64,000 nucleotides of DNA from Escherichia coli (GCF_002854065.1 NZ_CP024147.1); one strand, 5' to 3'; counted from the stretch's first letter, positions 14,922 through 28,242 are shown. Made by a program: numbers and translations. Notes: generated from the sequence alone by a model not told the origin.

Positions 14922-16148
14922 TCAGTTCGATACCTGGGGTATTCGACGACGACGTAGACTGTTCCATGAATAGACTGCGTTGAATAACACTACGCCAGCG
15001 GTGACGAGAAATACCGCTCTGAAACCGTAGTTCGCTGAAATCGCTGCTCCCATCAATGGTCCGGTAACGTTGCCAATATCACGAAACGATTGGTTATAGC
15101 TGAAGATACGTCCGGCGATTTGGTTGCTCGAGTTGTAAACCAACAGTGTCTGTACGGCGGGGAGTAGTGCACCATCGGCGGCACCGAGCAAAAAACGTAA
15201 AATCCCAAGTTGTAATGGCGTCTGAACGTATGACATTGGGATCAACAGCAGTACAGAGAAGATCAGCGCCGTAATCAGGATCTTTTCGGGGCCGATTCGA
15301 TCGCCAAGTTTGCCGAGTCGTGGTGCACTCAGCAGAGCCGCCACGCCTGGCACCGAGGCGATCATGCCACTGATAAAGGCGACGTTACTGACGTTACCCG
15401 CCAGTTCGCGGACATACAGCGTCAGAATGGGGGCAATTGAGCCCGTCGCCACCTGGATGATTAACGTAGTGACAAACAGGCTGAGTACCAGTTTCGGGTT
15501 TTTAAGTGATGTCACCACTTCCCGCATGTGCAGCATCTCTTTTTTGCTGACCGGCTGGAATTTTTCTCTGATGCAGAACAGGGTGACAAAAAAGCAGAGT
15601 ATGAGCACACTGGCGGTAATAAAGAATACCGGACGTAAGCCGTAGCTATCGGCGAGCAGGCCGCCAGCCATTGGGCCGAGCAACGCGCCGCTAACGCCGC
15701 CTGTGGAGAGCGTACCCAGCGCCCAGCCGCTTTTATTACGCGGTACTTGTGTGGCGATAAGAGCATTAGCGTTGGGGACAAATCCGCCAAGTAAACCAAG
15801 AAGCGCCCGCAGGATCAAAAACTGCCAGATATTTTGTGCCAGTCCCATCAACACCATCACGATGCCCATGCCGAGGGCAGAGCGTAATAGCATGAGTTTT
15901 CGGCCTTTACGGTCGGCGAGTCCACCCCAAAACGGTGAGGCGATGGCCGAAAATAAAAATGTAATGCTGAAGACAATACCGGACCACATATTCAGGGCGG
16001 AGTGGCCGGTAACGCCAAGCTGCTCAACGTAGAGGGGTAAGAAGGGCATTACCAGACTGAAGGCGGCACCGGTAAGAAAACAGCCTAGCCAGGCGACGAT
16101 CAGGTTTCGTTTCCAGTTTATAGGGGTGTCATTTTCACAGGGTGACAT
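14922..16148 (-). CDS. mdtG: MFS multidrug efflux transporter MdtG, 408 aa
   Basis: 12-TM MFS-like translation; full-length. Confidence 0.9.
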
Positions 16149-16283
16149 AGCAATCCGCTGTTGGTGCGCCAGGCGCGGTGAACATAAGAAGAAAAGATAA
16201 GCACACTAATTATGCGCCCGACTTCCAGGGGGCGCAATCCAGAGAGCTTTTATCGCTAAATCAGGGGGATTTGCTGTGGTAAT

Positions 16284-16310
16284 GCCGGATGCCATTCTGA
16301 AGCATCCGGC
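16284..16310. repeat. Perfect 9-bp-stem palindrome (REP-like) between mdtG and lpxL
   Basis: GCCGGATGC-cattctgaa-GCATCCGGC; no adjacent U-tract, so probably not an intrinsic terminator. Confidence 0.3.
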
Positions 16311-16319
16311 ATGGAAGAT

Positions 16320-17240
16320 TTAATAGCGTGAAGGAACGCCTTCCGGGCGTGTTTTAAAGCGACGGTGTAACCACATATACTGCTCTGGTGCCATCATGAT
16401 GCATTTTTCGACAACTTTGTTCATCCACGCGGCGGTAGTTTCGGCATCATCCAGCGGCGGAGAACACTCTGGCGGCAGCATAATCAACTGATACCCTTTT
16501 CCATCTGGCTTACGGCGTGGAACGAAGGGCACCAGACATGCGCCGGACATCCGTGCCAGCATCCAGGTTCCGGTCGTGGTCGCAGCCTGCTCAACGGCAA
16601 ACAACGGGACGAAAACGCTTGAGCGCGGGCCGTAATCATGATCCGGTGCGTACCAGACCACTTCGCCTTTTTTCAGGGCTTTAATCATGCCTTTTAAATC
16701 TTTGCGGTCGAGCATCGATTTATTTGAGCGCAAACGGCCCCAGGTTTGTAGCCAGTCAATCAGTGGATTATCGTTCGGGCGGTAAACGCCAATCCCCGGT
16801 TCCTGCATACCAAACTGCCGCGCGCCCAGCTCCAGTGTCAGAAAATGGATGCCAACTAACAGGATGCCGCGTTTTTGCGCCTGCACGTCACGAATGTGTT
16901 CCATGCCGATCACTTCCGTCCAGCGGGCGATTCGGCGGTCCGGCCAGAACCACGCCATGCCGGTTTCCATCAGGCCCATGCCAACGGATTCGAAATTCTT
17001 CACCACCATTTTACGGCGTTCTTGTTCGCTCATTTCCGGGAAGCACAGTTCCAGGTTGCGATGCACAATTTTTGCGCGTCGTTTCATAAAACGTAACGCC
17101 AGTTTTCCTAATCCACAACCGAGGCGGTAGATAACCGGGTAGGGCAATTGCACGACCAACCAAAGTACGCCAATACCCAACCAGGTTAACCAATAACGCG
17201 GATGAAGCAGTGCGGTGGAGAACTTGGGTAGATTCGTCAT
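16320..17240 (-). CDS. lpxL: Lipid A biosynthesis lauroyltransferase LpxL (HtrB), 306 aa
   Basis: ATG at 17240 ([17 protein letters not shown]...); acyltransferase H(x)4D-type region. Confidence 0.92.
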
Positions 17241-17464
17241 ATCAATCCTGTTTTTCAACCTATACGGGCAATTGTATGTATTGTCGCATTTTTTCGTCCG
17301 CAACCAAAATTTGTGACTGAAGACTGGGCGAAATTGCCGCGCTTGTAAATAACAAATAATTTTTAATGCGCAAATGTAGCGTAAAATGTGTGGATGTTAA
17401 TTATCGATAATTGCTATATCATGCCGCGGATTTTTACTTTCCCATCTCGCAGGAACCGTACACC

Positions 17465-18517
17465 ATGCCAGTGTTACACAACCGCATTTCCAACGACGCG
17501 TTAAAAGCCAAAATGTTGGCTGAGAGCGAACCGCGAACCACCATTTCGTTTTATAAGTATTTCCACATCGCCGATCCTAAGGTGACCCGTGACGCTTTAT
17601 ATCAGCTGTTTACCGCGCTGAATGTTTTTGGGCGAGTGTATCTGGCGCATGAGGGCATTAACGCGCAAATCAGCGTACCAGCGAGCAATGTTGAAACATT
17701 TCGCGCGCAGCTCTATGCCTTCGACCCGGCTTTAGAGGGTTTACGCCTGAATATCGCGTTGGATGATGATGGGAAATCTTTCTGGGTACTGCGCATGAAG
17801 GTCCGCGATCGTATCGTTGCCGACGGTATTGACGATCCTCACTTTGATGCCAGCAATGTTGGTGAGTATCTGCAAGCGGCGGAAGTGAACGCCATGCTTG
17901 ACGATCCCGATGCACTGTTTATCGACATGCGTAACCACTATGAGTATGAAGTGGGGCACTTTGAAAACGCGCTGGAAATTCCGGCAGATACTTTCCGTGA
18001 GCAGCTGCCAAAAGCAGTCGAGATGATGCAGGCACATAAAGATAAAAAAATCGTTATGTACTGCACCGGCGGCATTCGTTGTGAAAAGGCCAGTGCCTGG
18101 ATGAAACATAACGGATTCAACAAAGTCTGGCATATCGAGGGCGGAATTATTGAATACGCCCGTAAGGCGCGCGAGCAGGGCTTGCCGGTGCGTTTTATTG
18201 GCAAAAATTTTGTTTTTGACGAGCGGATGGGCGAACGTATATCTGATGAGATTATCGCGCATTGCCACCAGTGCGGTGCGCCGTGCGACAGCCATACCAA
18301 CTGTAAAAATGATGGCTGCCACCTGCTGTTTATTCAGTGTCCAGTATGCGCGGAAAAATACAAAGGTTGTTGTAGTGAAATTTGCTGCGAAGAAAGCGCG
18401 TTACCGCCAGAAGAACAGAGACGCCGTCGGGCAGGACGTGAAAATGGCAATAAGATCTTTAATAAGTCTCGTGGACGTCTGAATACAACACTGGGCATTC
18501 CTGATCCAACAGAATAA
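17465..18517 (+). CDS. trhO: Rhodanese-domain tRNA U34 hydroxylase YceA/TrhO, 350 aa
   Basis: [16 protein letters not shown]...; rhodanese active-site region [10 protein letters not shown]; Cys-rich C-terminus. Confidence 0.9.
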   Translation: MPVLHNRISNDALKAKMLAESEPRTTISFYKYFHIADPKVTRDALYQLFTALNVFGRVYLAHEGINAQISVPASNVETFRAQLYAFDPALEGLRLNIALDDDGKSFWVLRMKVRDRIVADGIDDPHFDASNVGEYLQAAEVNAMLDDPDALFIDMRNHYEYEVGHFENALEIPADTFREQLPKAVEMMQAHKDKKIVMYCTGGIRCEKASAWMKHNGFNKVWHIEGGIIEYARKAREQGLPVRFIGKNFVFDERMGERISDEIIAHCHQCGAPCDSHTNCKNDGCHLLFIQCPVCAEKYKGCCSEICCEESALPPEEQRRRRAGRENGNKIFNKSRGRLNTTLGIPDPTE

Positions 18518-18524
18518 ATATCAT

Positions 18525-18555
18525 TGCCGGATGCGTGCCATCCGGCAACATTTCA
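18525..18555. terminator. Hairpin between convergent yceA and yceI, putative bidirectional terminator
   Basis: Perfect stem TGCCGGATG/CATCCGGCA; weak U-tracts. Confidence 0.4.
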
Positions 18556-18878
18556 CTCTTACTTCTGCTGTACGCCTTCCACTGAAATAATCAGATCCAC
18601 TTCCTGAGAAGCTGGACCTAAATCTGTCTTGATATTGAAGTCCTTGAGCTTAATTTTGCCTTCGGCCTCGAAGCCTGCACGTTTACCACCCCACGGGTCG
18701 TCGCCCTGACCAATTAATTTCGCTTCCAGCGTGACGGGTTTGGTTACACCATTCAGCGTCAGATCGCCGGTAATATCCAGTTCGTCACCGTCTTTCTTCA
18801 CGCTGGTGGAGGTGAATGTTGCCTGTGGATATTTTGCGGTATTGAGGAAATCCGCACTGCGAAGATGTTTATCGCGTT

Positions 18879-18887
18879 CGGCGTGGT
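18879..18887. repeat. Target-site duplication (left) of IS1 copy 2: CGGCGTGGT
   Basis: Identical 9-mer abuts both ends (18879..18887 and 19656..19664). Confidence 0.92.
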
Positions 18888-18942
18888 GGTGATGCTGCCA
18901 ACTTACTGATTTAGTGTATGATGGTGTTTTTGAGGTGCTCCA

Positions 18943-19218
18943 GTGGCTTCTGTTTCTATCAGCTGTCCCTCCTGTTCAGCTACTGACGGGGTGGTGCGTA
19001 ACGGCAAAAGCACTGCCGGACATCAGCGCTATCTCTGCTCTCACTGCCGTAAAACATGGCAACTGCAGTTCACTTACACCGCTTCTCAACCCGGTACGCA
19101 CCAGAAAATCATTGATATGGCCATGAATGGCGTTGGATGCCGGGCAACCGCCCGCATTATGGGCGTTGGCCTCAACACGATTTTCCGCCATTTAAAAAAC
19201 TCAGGCCGCAGTCGGTAA
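18943..19218 (+). CDS. insA: IS1 InsA, 91 aa (copy 2)
   Basis: Identical translation to copy 1. Confidence 0.92.
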
Positions 19219-19640
19219 CCTCGCGCATACAGCCGGGCAGTGACGTCATCGTCTGCGCGGAAATGGACGAACAGTGGGGATACGTCGGGGCTAAATCGCG
19301 CCAGCGCTGGCTGTTTTACGCGTATGACAGTCTCCGGAAGACGGTTGTTGCGCACGTATTCGGTGAACGCACTATGGCGACGCTGGGGCGTCTTATGAGC
19401 CTGCTGTCACCCTTTGACGTGGTGATATGGATGACGGATGGCTGGCCGCTGTATGAATCCCGCCTGAAGGGAAAGCTGCACGTAATCAGCAAGCGATATA
19501 CGCAGCGAATTGAGCGGCATAACCTGAATCTGAGGCAGCACCTGGCACGGCTGGGACGGAAGTCGCTGTCGTTCTCAAAATCGGTGGAGCTGCATGACAA
19601 AGTCATCGGGCATTATCTGAACATAAAACACTATCAATAA
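19137..19640 (+). CDS. insB: IS1 InsB frame (copy 2; InsAB' by -1 frameshift)
   Basis: Identical to copy 1 except Ser instead of Arg at one position (...AYDSLRK... vs ...AYDRLRK...). Confidence 0.85.
   Translation: MPGNRPHYGRWPQHDFPPFKKLRPQSVTSRIQPGSDVIVCAEMDEQWGYVGAKSRQRWLFYAYDSLRKTVVAHVFGERTMATLGRLMSLLSPFDVVIWMTDGWPLYESRLKGKLHVISKRYTQRIERHNLNLRQHLARLGRKSLSFSKSVELHDKVIGHYLNIKHYQ
19192..19200 (+). other. IS1 programmed -1 frameshift motif TTAAAAAAC (copy 2)
   Basis: A6C slippery run in the insA/insB overlap. Confidence 0.7.
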
Positions 19641-19655
19641 GTTGGAGTCATTACC

Positions 19656-19664
19656 CGGCGTGGT
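19656..19664. repeat. Target-site duplication (right) of IS1 copy 2: CGGCGTGGT
   Basis: Identical 9-mer abuts both ends. Confidence 0.92.
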
Positions 19665-19914
19665 TAGTATCGACGCTGGTGGTGTTAATTGTCACATTCA
19701 CTTTATCGGCAGCTGGATTTTTTTCATCAAAGGTAAAAGTACCGTCGAAATCTTTAAAGGTGCCATATAACCAGCTATAGCCAAGATGCTGGATGCGGAA
19801 GTTAACAAAGGCGTGCTGACCTTCTTTGTCAATTTTGTAATCGGCGGCAACCGCTGAACCGGCAGAGAACATCAGGGACGCGAAGGTTAAACCAAGCAGG
19901 CTTTTTTTCATTTT

Positions 19915-20481
19915 TTATACTCCATAGTCAGATGACGACTTTCCCAGCATGCGCTTCAGAGTGTCGTCTTTATCGATGAAATGATGCTTCAGGGCCATAA
20001 ATCCGTGCATAACGGACAGTACCACGACGCTCCACGCGAGCCAAAAATGCAGGGCACCGGCAAAGTCTGCCTGTGCGCCAGCGTCGGCAAGGGTCGCGGG
20101 GACGTCAAACCAGCCAAAAACGCTGATCGGTTTACCATCGGCAGTTGAGATCAGATAGCCGCTGATGCCGATGGCGAACAGCAATAGGTACAATGCGAGA
20201 TGTCCAGCTTTTGCGGCAAGACGAGTCATGGGCGAATAACTCGGCAGCGGACCCGGCGGTGGAGATATGACACGCCACAGAACGCGAATAACCAGCCCCA
20301 TCATTAATAAAATACCGATGCTTTTATGCAGTTCGGGTGCTTTGTGATACCAGCCATCGTAATAACTGAGCGTGACCATCCACAGACCTAAAGCAAACAT
20401 GCCGTAGACAATAATTGCGCTTAGCCAATGGAAGGCCGCAGATATAACACCATAGCGTTCAGGGGTATTTGTGAATGACAT
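19915..20481 (-). CDS. yceJ: Cytochrome b561 family protein YceJ, 188 aa
   Basis: ATG at 20481 (MSFTNTPERYGVISAAFHWL...); His-containing TM helices; immediately upstream of yceI in the same operon orientation. Confidence 0.9.
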   Translation of the reverse strand: MSFTNTPERYGVISAAFHWLSAIIVYGMFALGLWMVTLSYYDGWYHKAPELHKSIGILLMMGLVIRVLWRVISPPPGPLPSYSPMTRLAAKAGHLALYLLLFAIGISGYLISTADGKPISVFGWFDVPATLADAGAQADFAGALHFWLAWSVVVLSVMHGFMALKHHFIDKDDTLKRMLGKSSSDYGV

Positions 20482-20741
20482 AAGTGCATCCAAAACGAAT
20501 TTGCGAGAGAAAGAAAATGGCGTGTCGGAGAATGAATTGCAACACAAAAATAACAAATTGAATGATATTTATTTTTATTTCAATAATTTTGAATTAATAA
20601 TGAAAGAATCTTCATAAGTTTAGTGGGTTCAGCATCAGAGATGTCTGGTGAGTGCTGTAGAAGCAGGAATAATCTCATTCAATTTTTCACGCTAAATGAA
20701 AGGGAGATTAAATATTTGTCAGTTTATGTCAGTGCGGAAAA

Positions 20742-20882
20742 CTAAAAATAAAACACATAGATCAGATCCATAATTGCCAATAATCCCCAGAGAAAAAGAT
20801 AAAGCATCAGATGCTCGCGAATATTATTGGTGAGATAGTGCAACAGCCGACGCATTAAATACTCCTGTAAAAACGGCCTCAT
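20742..20882 (-). CDS. yceO: Small protein YceO, 46 aa
   Basis: Manual translation of the minus strand: [46 protein letters not shown]; below the ORF-track size cutoff; expected position between yceJ and solA. Confidence 0.6.
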   Translation of the reverse strand: MRPFLQEYLMRRLLHYLTNNIREHLMLYLFLWGLLAIMDLIYVFYF

Positions 20883-20902
20883 TCTGGAGGCCGTAATGAT
20901 GA

Positions 20903-22021
20903 TTATTGGAAGCGGGAAAGCCTGAATGGCGTCAAATCAAAATCGCTTTTTTTGTCTTGCGCAAAATCGGCAGCTATTTCCCCTAAAACTGACGCAAATT
21001 TAAAACCGTGCCCACTCAGGCCGGTAATGAGCAGTGTATTATCGTAGCCGGGTAGGGTATCGATAATAAAATCTTCGTCAGGCGAATTATCATAGGTGCA
21101 GGCAGCGCCGTACAGGCAGCAACCGATACCCGGCAATACATTGCGCAAGAACGGGAAGGCTTCTGACCCATCACTGGCCACTTCCGCAAACGGAACACGT
21201 TCATCCGCTGAATGGATAACCTGGCCTCCGTTATGTTTGCCAATCTTCAACGCGTCGTTTTCTGCCGGAAAACCATAATATTGATCGCCATTGGGCAGTT
21301 CACCGGTAAACGCCGGGAATTTATTCTTCACGCTATAGCGGCCATCGGCCTGATACCAGGCAAATACTTTACGTACGGGCTGGACAGGCAGCTCCGGGAG
21401 CAGGTCTTTTACCCATGTTCCCGCGCAGACAATCGCTTTTTTCGCCTGATACTCACCATCAGCCGTTTCAATAGTTACGCCATCATCCTCATGACGAATT
21501 GCGGTGACCGGGCAGTTGAACAGTTGCGCACAGCCCGCTTCCTTCGCCAGTTGGATCCAGGTTTTAATCGCCAGTTCGCTGCGCAAAAAACCGGAATCAG
21601 TCTCAAATAAGCCGATGTAGTTGTCCGGGACGCGTATTTCTGGCCAGCGGGCCATAATCCCTTGCGCATCGAGCTTTTCAACGTTGAGTTGCCACTGTTC
21701 GGCGCTGTGGGCGACGTTGGCGAGAAATGCGGAGTCAGCCGGGCCAAGGTTAATGACACCAGAGCGTACAAAAATGGGATCATCTTCGTTGTGGCGGGAG
21801 AGGTCATCCCACAGCGTTTGTGCGCGGAGGACCAGCGGGACATACTTTTCGCCTTCACCATAAGCATGGCGAATTAATCGCGTATCGCCGTGGTGGCTGC
21901 CGTGTTGATGTGGTGGCATATGGGCGTCGGTCATAAGCACGTTTAAACCGGCGCGGGTTGCATAATACCCGGCGGCAGCGCCTACGGAACCGCTGCCAAT
22001 AATGATGAGATCGTATTTCAT
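20903..22021 (-). CDS. solA: N-methyl-L-tryptophan oxidase SolA, 372 aa
   Basis: FAD-binding [14 protein letters not shown]-terminus; full-length. Confidence 0.95.
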   Translation of the reverse strand: MKYDLIIIGSGSVGAAAGYYATRAGLNVLMTDAHMPPHQHGSHHGDTRLIRHAYGEGEKYVPLVLRAQTLWDDLSRHNEDDPIFVRSGVINLGPADSAFLANVAHSAEQWQLNVEKLDAQGIMARWPEIRVPDNYIGLFETDSGFLRSELAIKTWIQLAKEAGCAQLFNCPVTAIRHEDDGVTIETADGEYQAKKAIVCAGTWVKDLLPELPVQPVRKVFAWYQADGRYSVKNKFPAFTGELPNGDQYYGFPAENDALKIGKHNGGQVIHSADERVPFAEVASDGSEAFPFLRNVLPGIGCCLYGAACTYDNSPDEDFIIDTLPGYDNTLLITGLSGHGFKFASVLGEIAADFAQDKKSDFDLTPFRLSRFQ

Positions 22022-22135
22022 TTTTTTCTCTCTGCTCTCATGGTTTAAGCAGAGTAATTAACTGAATGCAGATATACAACCCAGAAATGGTAAAGGCACC
22101 GGTGAGGTGCCTTTTGGGTGGATGGTCATGTCATG

Positions 22136-22390
22136 TTAATGACGCCGATACTCGTTTACCGGGAAATCACCGGATTCAATTTTGGCGATTCCTGCTTCTA
22201 ATATCGAAATAAATTGTCTGGCAACATCAGTGGTTAACCAGAGCGTCTGACCAACTTCAGTCCCTTCCTGCTCGGACTTATTTGGGGTCTGGTAGTGCAA
22301 ACGCAACATCAGCGCATCATAGCTATCAACGGTGCTGATGTCCCACCCTACGAGCGGATGAGTCTGAATGACTTCATTATTTTTTTCCAT
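22136..22390 (-). CDS. bssS: Biofilm regulator BssS, 84 aa
   Basis: MEKNNEVIQTHPLVGWDIST...; full-length. Confidence 0.9.
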   Translation of the reverse strand: MEKNNEVIQTHPLVGWDISTVDSYDALMLRLHYQTPNKSEQEGTEVGQTLWLTTDVARQFISILEAGIAKIESGDFPVNEYRRH

Positions 22391-22632
22391 CATGGCCCCC
22401 TAATTCGTGTTACTAGACAACGTTATTCGAGGTTCAATGCGTTTTTATCTGAAGCAACTTCAGTATACCAATAAGTAAGGGTATTCACCGAATTTTTAAA
22501 GGGGGAAACGGATAAATTTCTGCTTTTAAGATTTATATGAACAATAAAACAGCATGTCATTCATATTTTTTTAGCATATTGTGCAATTATTTTGAGGAAG
22601 TGTAGAAATTTTGTACTCAAAATTTGTAAGTA

Positions 22633-22660
22633 AAATAAAAAAGCCGGGGCGACCCGGCAA
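22633..22660 (-). terminator. Rho-independent terminator of dinI
   Basis: Minus-strand hairpin GCCGGGTCGCCCCGGC followed by TTTTTTATTTT, immediately 3' of the dinI stop. Confidence 0.65.
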
Positions 22661-22679
22661 AAACAAAAATCACTGCATA

Positions 22680-22925
22680 TTATTCGCTGACAAACCAGTC
22701 ATCGGCGCTTTCCCACGTTTCCTGGAGAATTTCGCTAATGCGCTGTTTATCTTCTTTTGTCGCGCCAATAACCGATAAATTATTCGCTGCGGCGTAACGT
22801 ACCGATACGTGGCCTTCATTATCAGGAAACGCATACTGAATACGGCGGGAAAGTTCGCCAGCCAGGGCGTCAATAGCCCCAGCTGGCAATGGAGAAGTTT
22901 TCGCTATGGTGACTTCAATTCGCAT
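22680..22925 (-). CDS. dinI: DNA damage-inducible protein DinI, 81 aa
   Basis: MRIEVTIAKTSPLPAGAIDALAGELSRRIQYAF...; ATG at 22925. Confidence 0.9.
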   Translation of the reverse strand: MRIEVTIAKTSPLPAGAIDALAGELSRRIQYAFPDNEGHVSVRYAAANNLSVIGATKEDKQRISEILQETWESADDWFVSE

Positions 22926-22946
22926 AATAGCCCCCTGTTGAATATA

Positions 22947-22962
22947 CTGGTTATTTATACAG
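22947..22962 (-). promoter_or_regulatory. LexA (SOS) box upstream of dinI
   Basis: CTGTATAAATAACCAG on the minus strand fits CTG-N10-CAG with AT-rich centre; located in the dinI promoter. Confidence 0.65.
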
Positions 22963-22998
22963 GTAAAATAACCTAATGACAACAGAAAGCTAGGATTT

Positions 22999-24045
22999 TT
23001 ATTGTTTAACGGACCAGCGTACCGTTTCCCCGGCGAGGAATGGCACCAGGGTGTCATCAGTCAGTGCGATGCTTTCAGCAACCTGTTGCTCTTCACGTAC
23101 CAGTTCGATGAATGTGTCGTTGACCGGCAACCCGTAGAACTGCGGGCCGTTTACAGAACAGAATGCTTCAAAGTGCTGCAGAGCATTCATCTCTTCAAAG
23201 ACGGTAGCGTAACTGCCCAGCGCGGTTGGGGCGTTGAAGCAGCCCGCGCAGCCGCAACTGCTCTCTTTGCGATGACGTGCATGTGGCGCAGAATCCGTAC
23301 CGAGGAATACTCGATTAAAACCGCTGGCGACCAGTTCACGCAATGCCTGTTGGTGAATATTGCGTTTGAGGATGGGTAGACAATACAGGTGCGGACGCAC
23401 GCCTCCAACCAGCATATGGTTGCGGTTAAACATCAGATGCTGCGGAGTGATGGTGGCAGCCAGCCGTTCATTTCCGTCACGGACATAGTCGGCAGCATCT
23501 TTGGTGGTGATGTGCTCAAAAACGACTTTCAGCGCAGTCAGGCGCTGGCGCAGAGGTTCCATCACGCTTTCTATAAAGCGCGCTTCACGATCAAAAATGT
23601 CGATATCTGCATGTGTCACTTCACCATGCACCAGTAGCGGCATACCGATTTTTTCCATGCGCTCAAGTACCGGCATGATTGCGTCAATTGACGTCACGCC
23701 GTGGCTGGAGTTAGTGGTTGCGTTTGCCGGGTAAAGTTTTGCAGCGGTGAACACGCCTTCGTTAAATCCGCGCTCCAGCTCATTAGGATCCAGCGAATCT
23801 GTTAAATAACAGGTCATCAATGGGGTGAAATCGTGCCCGGCAGGTACGGCGTCAAGAATACGCTGGCGATACGCCACGGCAGCCTCAACGGTGGTCACGG
23901 GCGGAGCCAGATTGGGCATTACGATAGCCCGTCCATAAATTTCGCTGGTATACGGCACGACAGTTTTTAACATGTCGCCATCGCGGAGGTGAAGGTGCCA
24001 GTCGTCTGGGCGGCGGATCTTTAATACCTGGGATGGTGCAGTCAT
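22999..24045 (-). CDS. pyrC: Dihydroorotase PyrC, 348 aa
   Basis: DWHLHLRDG zinc-binding N-terminal motif; full-length. Confidence 0.95.
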
Positions 24046-24150
24046 TAATCTCTATGCTCCGGCTGAAGGGATGTTTTTGCCGGAGACAAAGGATAAGCGG
24101 AAACGTTTTCCTTTGCACGAAAAATAAAGGGCGCGAATGCGCCCTCGTGA

Positions 24151-24711
24151 TTAATCAGTAAATGGAATGACAATTTCGCCTGGCTTCACTTCAATGCCTT
24201 TCGCCAGTTTTTTCGCCATTGCTTCGCCCTGGCTGCCATCTTCGCGCAGGACGTAAGCAGGTTGCTGGTTAAAGTAATTGCGTAATGCCTGGTTCAAATA
24301 GGGAAGCAACGTTTGCATCACCGTTTGCATTTTTTCCGGTTGTACCGTCGCATCGACCACTTCCATCTCTTTCAGGAAGATCGCACCTTTTTCTTTATCA
24401 AACACGGGCAGCGCTTTCAGCTTCAGTTTCATGGTCGCTTTCTGACTACCGAACAGGGAGTTCATGTCCAGATTGGCGTCTCCGGTTAGGGTAACCTTAT
24501 TCGGCTCTTCGCGACCAATTTGGCTGGTCAGGTTTGTCAGAACAATATGGGCGTCAGCCACGCCGGGTAAACCGATATCTTTTGAGAAATTATTATGTTT
24601 CGCAAGCGACTGGTTAATTTCTTGTTCGGTGATGGTGTATTGGGTGAGTTGATTACAGCCAACGAGCAGGCCACTGACGATCAATGCAGCGGCAAATAAA
24701 AACTTGTTCAT
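24151..24711 (-). CDS. yceB: Lipoprotein YceB (DUF1439), 186 aa
   Basis: ATG at 24711; MNKFLFAAALIVSGLLVGC lipobox. Confidence 0.85.
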   Translation of the reverse strand: MNKFLFAAALIVSGLLVGCNQLTQYTITEQEINQSLAKHNNFSKDIGLPGVADAHIVLTNLTSQIGREEPNKVTLTGDANLDMNSLFGSQKATMKLKLKALPVFDKEKGAIFLKEMEVVDATVQPEKMQTVMQTLLPYLNQALRNYFNQQPAYVLREDGSQGEAMAKKLAKGIEVKPGEIVIPFTD

Positions 24712-24844
24712 GGTAGTCCTCGACATGAAATCTGCGTCAATATCCTGACACAACGCAGCATGTGTCACCAGCGATAAACTCGCCAGCAGAAAAAACTGAA
24801 AACGGCGGCAACCCGCGAATACAGGCTGCCGCGGCGGGTCAGGA

Positions 24845-25492
24845 TTAAATCGCCATTGATGATAACAAATTGATTTGTGTCTGTTTCGCCATATTATCGC
24901 GGTAATCAGCAACGCGGCTTGGCCAGTTAATTCCGGCTACCAGCGTCAGATTACGCAGTAGCGGGAATAGCTGAATATCATCTTCCGAAAGTTCGCCATT
25001 CACGGCGTTCGGTTTGACGATCAGTTTGTCCAGCGCACGTAAATCATCGCTGATATTCTTAATCAGACCGTCAGAGTGGGCCAGCAGGTCGGCAAAATTA
25101 CCCGCGCTGGCCTCTTTCTTGTCGACGAAATATTTGCGCGCGGCAGGAGTAGAAAACTCATCAAATGCCGATTTGGCAAAACGCGGCAACAGCAGTTTGT
25201 TGGCGTAGCCATTGACCTTGCGCAGCCACTCTTCAATGGCAGGGGAACGTTTGCCGGTCAGTAACGGTTTGCCGTCGAGTTTATCGACATAGTGAACGAT
25301 ATCCATGCTTTCTGGCATATAGCGGCTGTCATCTTTTTGCAGAATGGGAACCTGTTTTTGACCGACCATCCGGGTGGGTGTTTCTGCGTCGTCGTTGAGC
25401 AGAACATGTAATTCGACGGGGATATTTTTCAGGCCGAAAATCATGCGGGCTTTGAGGCAGTAAGGGCAGTGATCGTAAATGTATAGCTTCAC
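24845..25492 (-). CDS. grxB: Glutaredoxin 2 GrxB, 215 aa
   Basis: MKLYIYDHCPYCLKARMIFGL with CPYC active site. Confidence 0.95.
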   Translation of the reverse strand: MKLYIYDHCPYCLKARMIFGLKNIPVELHVLLNDDAETPTRMVGQKQVPILQKDDSRYMPESMDIVHYVDKLDGKPLLTGKRSPAIEEWLRKVNGYANKLLLPRFAKSAFDEFSTPAARKYFVDKKEASAGNFADLLAHSDGLIKNISDDLRALDKLIVKPNAVNGELSEDDIQLFPLLRNLTLVAGINWPSRVADYRDNMAKQTQINLLSSMAI

Positions 25493-25555
25493 GTGACTCC
25501 TCCATTTGGCTGTCAGTTCACTTTCAGTATGGAGGAGTCAGGGGGGAGTATCAAA

Positions 25556-26764
25556 TCAGGCGTCGCGTTCCAGCAAACGACGCGCGGCGCGTTTCTGGCT
25601 AAACTGCCAGCCCAGCGCAAGGAAAGTGAAGATGCCAATAATGCCCAGCATCATCCACGGAAGCTCTGGTTGGTGCGCCGATTTGCCCAGGTCAAACAGC
25701 CAGCCGCCACCGATATAACCAATAGCGCCACCAATCGCCAGACCCAGACGGCTAAACCCCATATAGCTGCCGCGAGCTCTTGCGTCCGCCAGCGAAGCAC
25801 TTAAGGTTTCACGCGCAGGCTCGGCAATGATCGACCCGATATAAAACAGACAAATCAGGGTGAAAAGTTGTTGCAGGCCGCTGACCATGCCCACCGGCAT
25901 CATGCTTAATGACATTATCAACAGCCCAGCCATCAACCGGTGTTCCAGACGAAAATGCTTTTCACTCCAGCGGGCGATAGGGTAGAGCAACGTTAACGAC
26001 AGACACGCTTCAATGGCATACATCCATTTAACGGCAGAGGGCGCACCAGCCACGTCGTTGACCATAATTGGCAGCATCAGCATCACTTGTACAGCCAGCA
26101 TGTAGTAACCCGCCAGCGTCAGAACATAGGTGACAAAACGCTTGTCACGCATCACGCGGGTCATGCCTTCGCGAACGGGCGTGCGTACGGTGGAGAGTTT
26201 CCATGCTGGTAACAACCACGCATTGAACGCCGCACACAGCACAAATAGAACTGCCCCTGTGGCGCAGACCAGGCGAAAGTCGTATTGCAACAGCCAGCTC
26301 CCCAACAATGCGCCAATGACCGCACCGGCACTGTCCTGCATCATCAACAGCGAGAAAAAACGACCACGTTGTTGTGGACGGATTAGTTTCACCACCAGCG
26401 CCGAACGCGGCGGATCAAACAACGTGCCGCCGAGTCCCGAGAGCAGGCATGAAAACCACAATAGCCACGGTTCGTGGGCGATACCCATTGTGGCGAATCC
26501 GGCGGCGCGCATCAGCATACCGGTAACAATCATCGGTTTGGCACCAAAGCGGTCGGCAATTGCGCCGCCGAAAATACCCAGACCTTGCTGAATAAACTGG
26601 CGTAGACCGAGAGCAATACCGACCATGACGGCGGCCCAGCCCATTTGATCAACGAAGCGGATAGAGATCAGCGGGAAGACAACAAAGAACCCCAGCACGA
26701 CCAGCATATTATCGATGAGCAGGAAATATTTACCCAGGTTCCTCGCCTGCGACACGCGGGACAT
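25556..26764 (-). CDS. mdtH: MFS transporter MdtH, 402 aa
   Basis: ATG at 26764 ([21 protein letters not shown]...); 12-TM MFS. Confidence 0.9.
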
Positions 26765-26998
26765 TTCCCCTCTCGGGAAATAAAAGATGAGCACTTTCTA
26801 TTCTGCATTGCCGCTAAGACTTTTCCCATCACTTCGGGGACAATATTTTTTATCAAAACGTCGCTTTGATAGAGAGTTTTTATCAAATATGTGAATAATG
26901 CAGACAATGGCATTTTGGACTTTTCACAGGGTCTGGTTGCGCAGGTATAGTAATACTTACAGCGTATTAAAGACGTTACGGGAAGGAGTAGGTATAGA

Positions 26999-28241
<1,243 letters not shown>

Positions 28242-28242
28242 A

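Larger units (their letters stand above)
18888..19655 (+). mobile_element. IS1 insertion sequence, 768 bp, copy 2 (in yceI)
   Basis: Same orientation as copy 1; identical to it except one base (T at 19331 vs G at 3384); flanked by 9-bp direct repeat CGGCGTGGT. Confidence 0.96.
18559..19911 (-). pseudogene. yceI: yceI (periplasmic YceI-family polyisoprenoid-binding protein) interrupted by IS1 after codon 85
   Basis: 5' fragment 19911->19656 encodes [38 protein letters not shown]...SVDTNHA, then Gly and stop inside IS1. 3' fragment 18887->18559 encodes the remainder (...[23 protein letters not shown]...EGVQQK). Confidence 0.9.
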
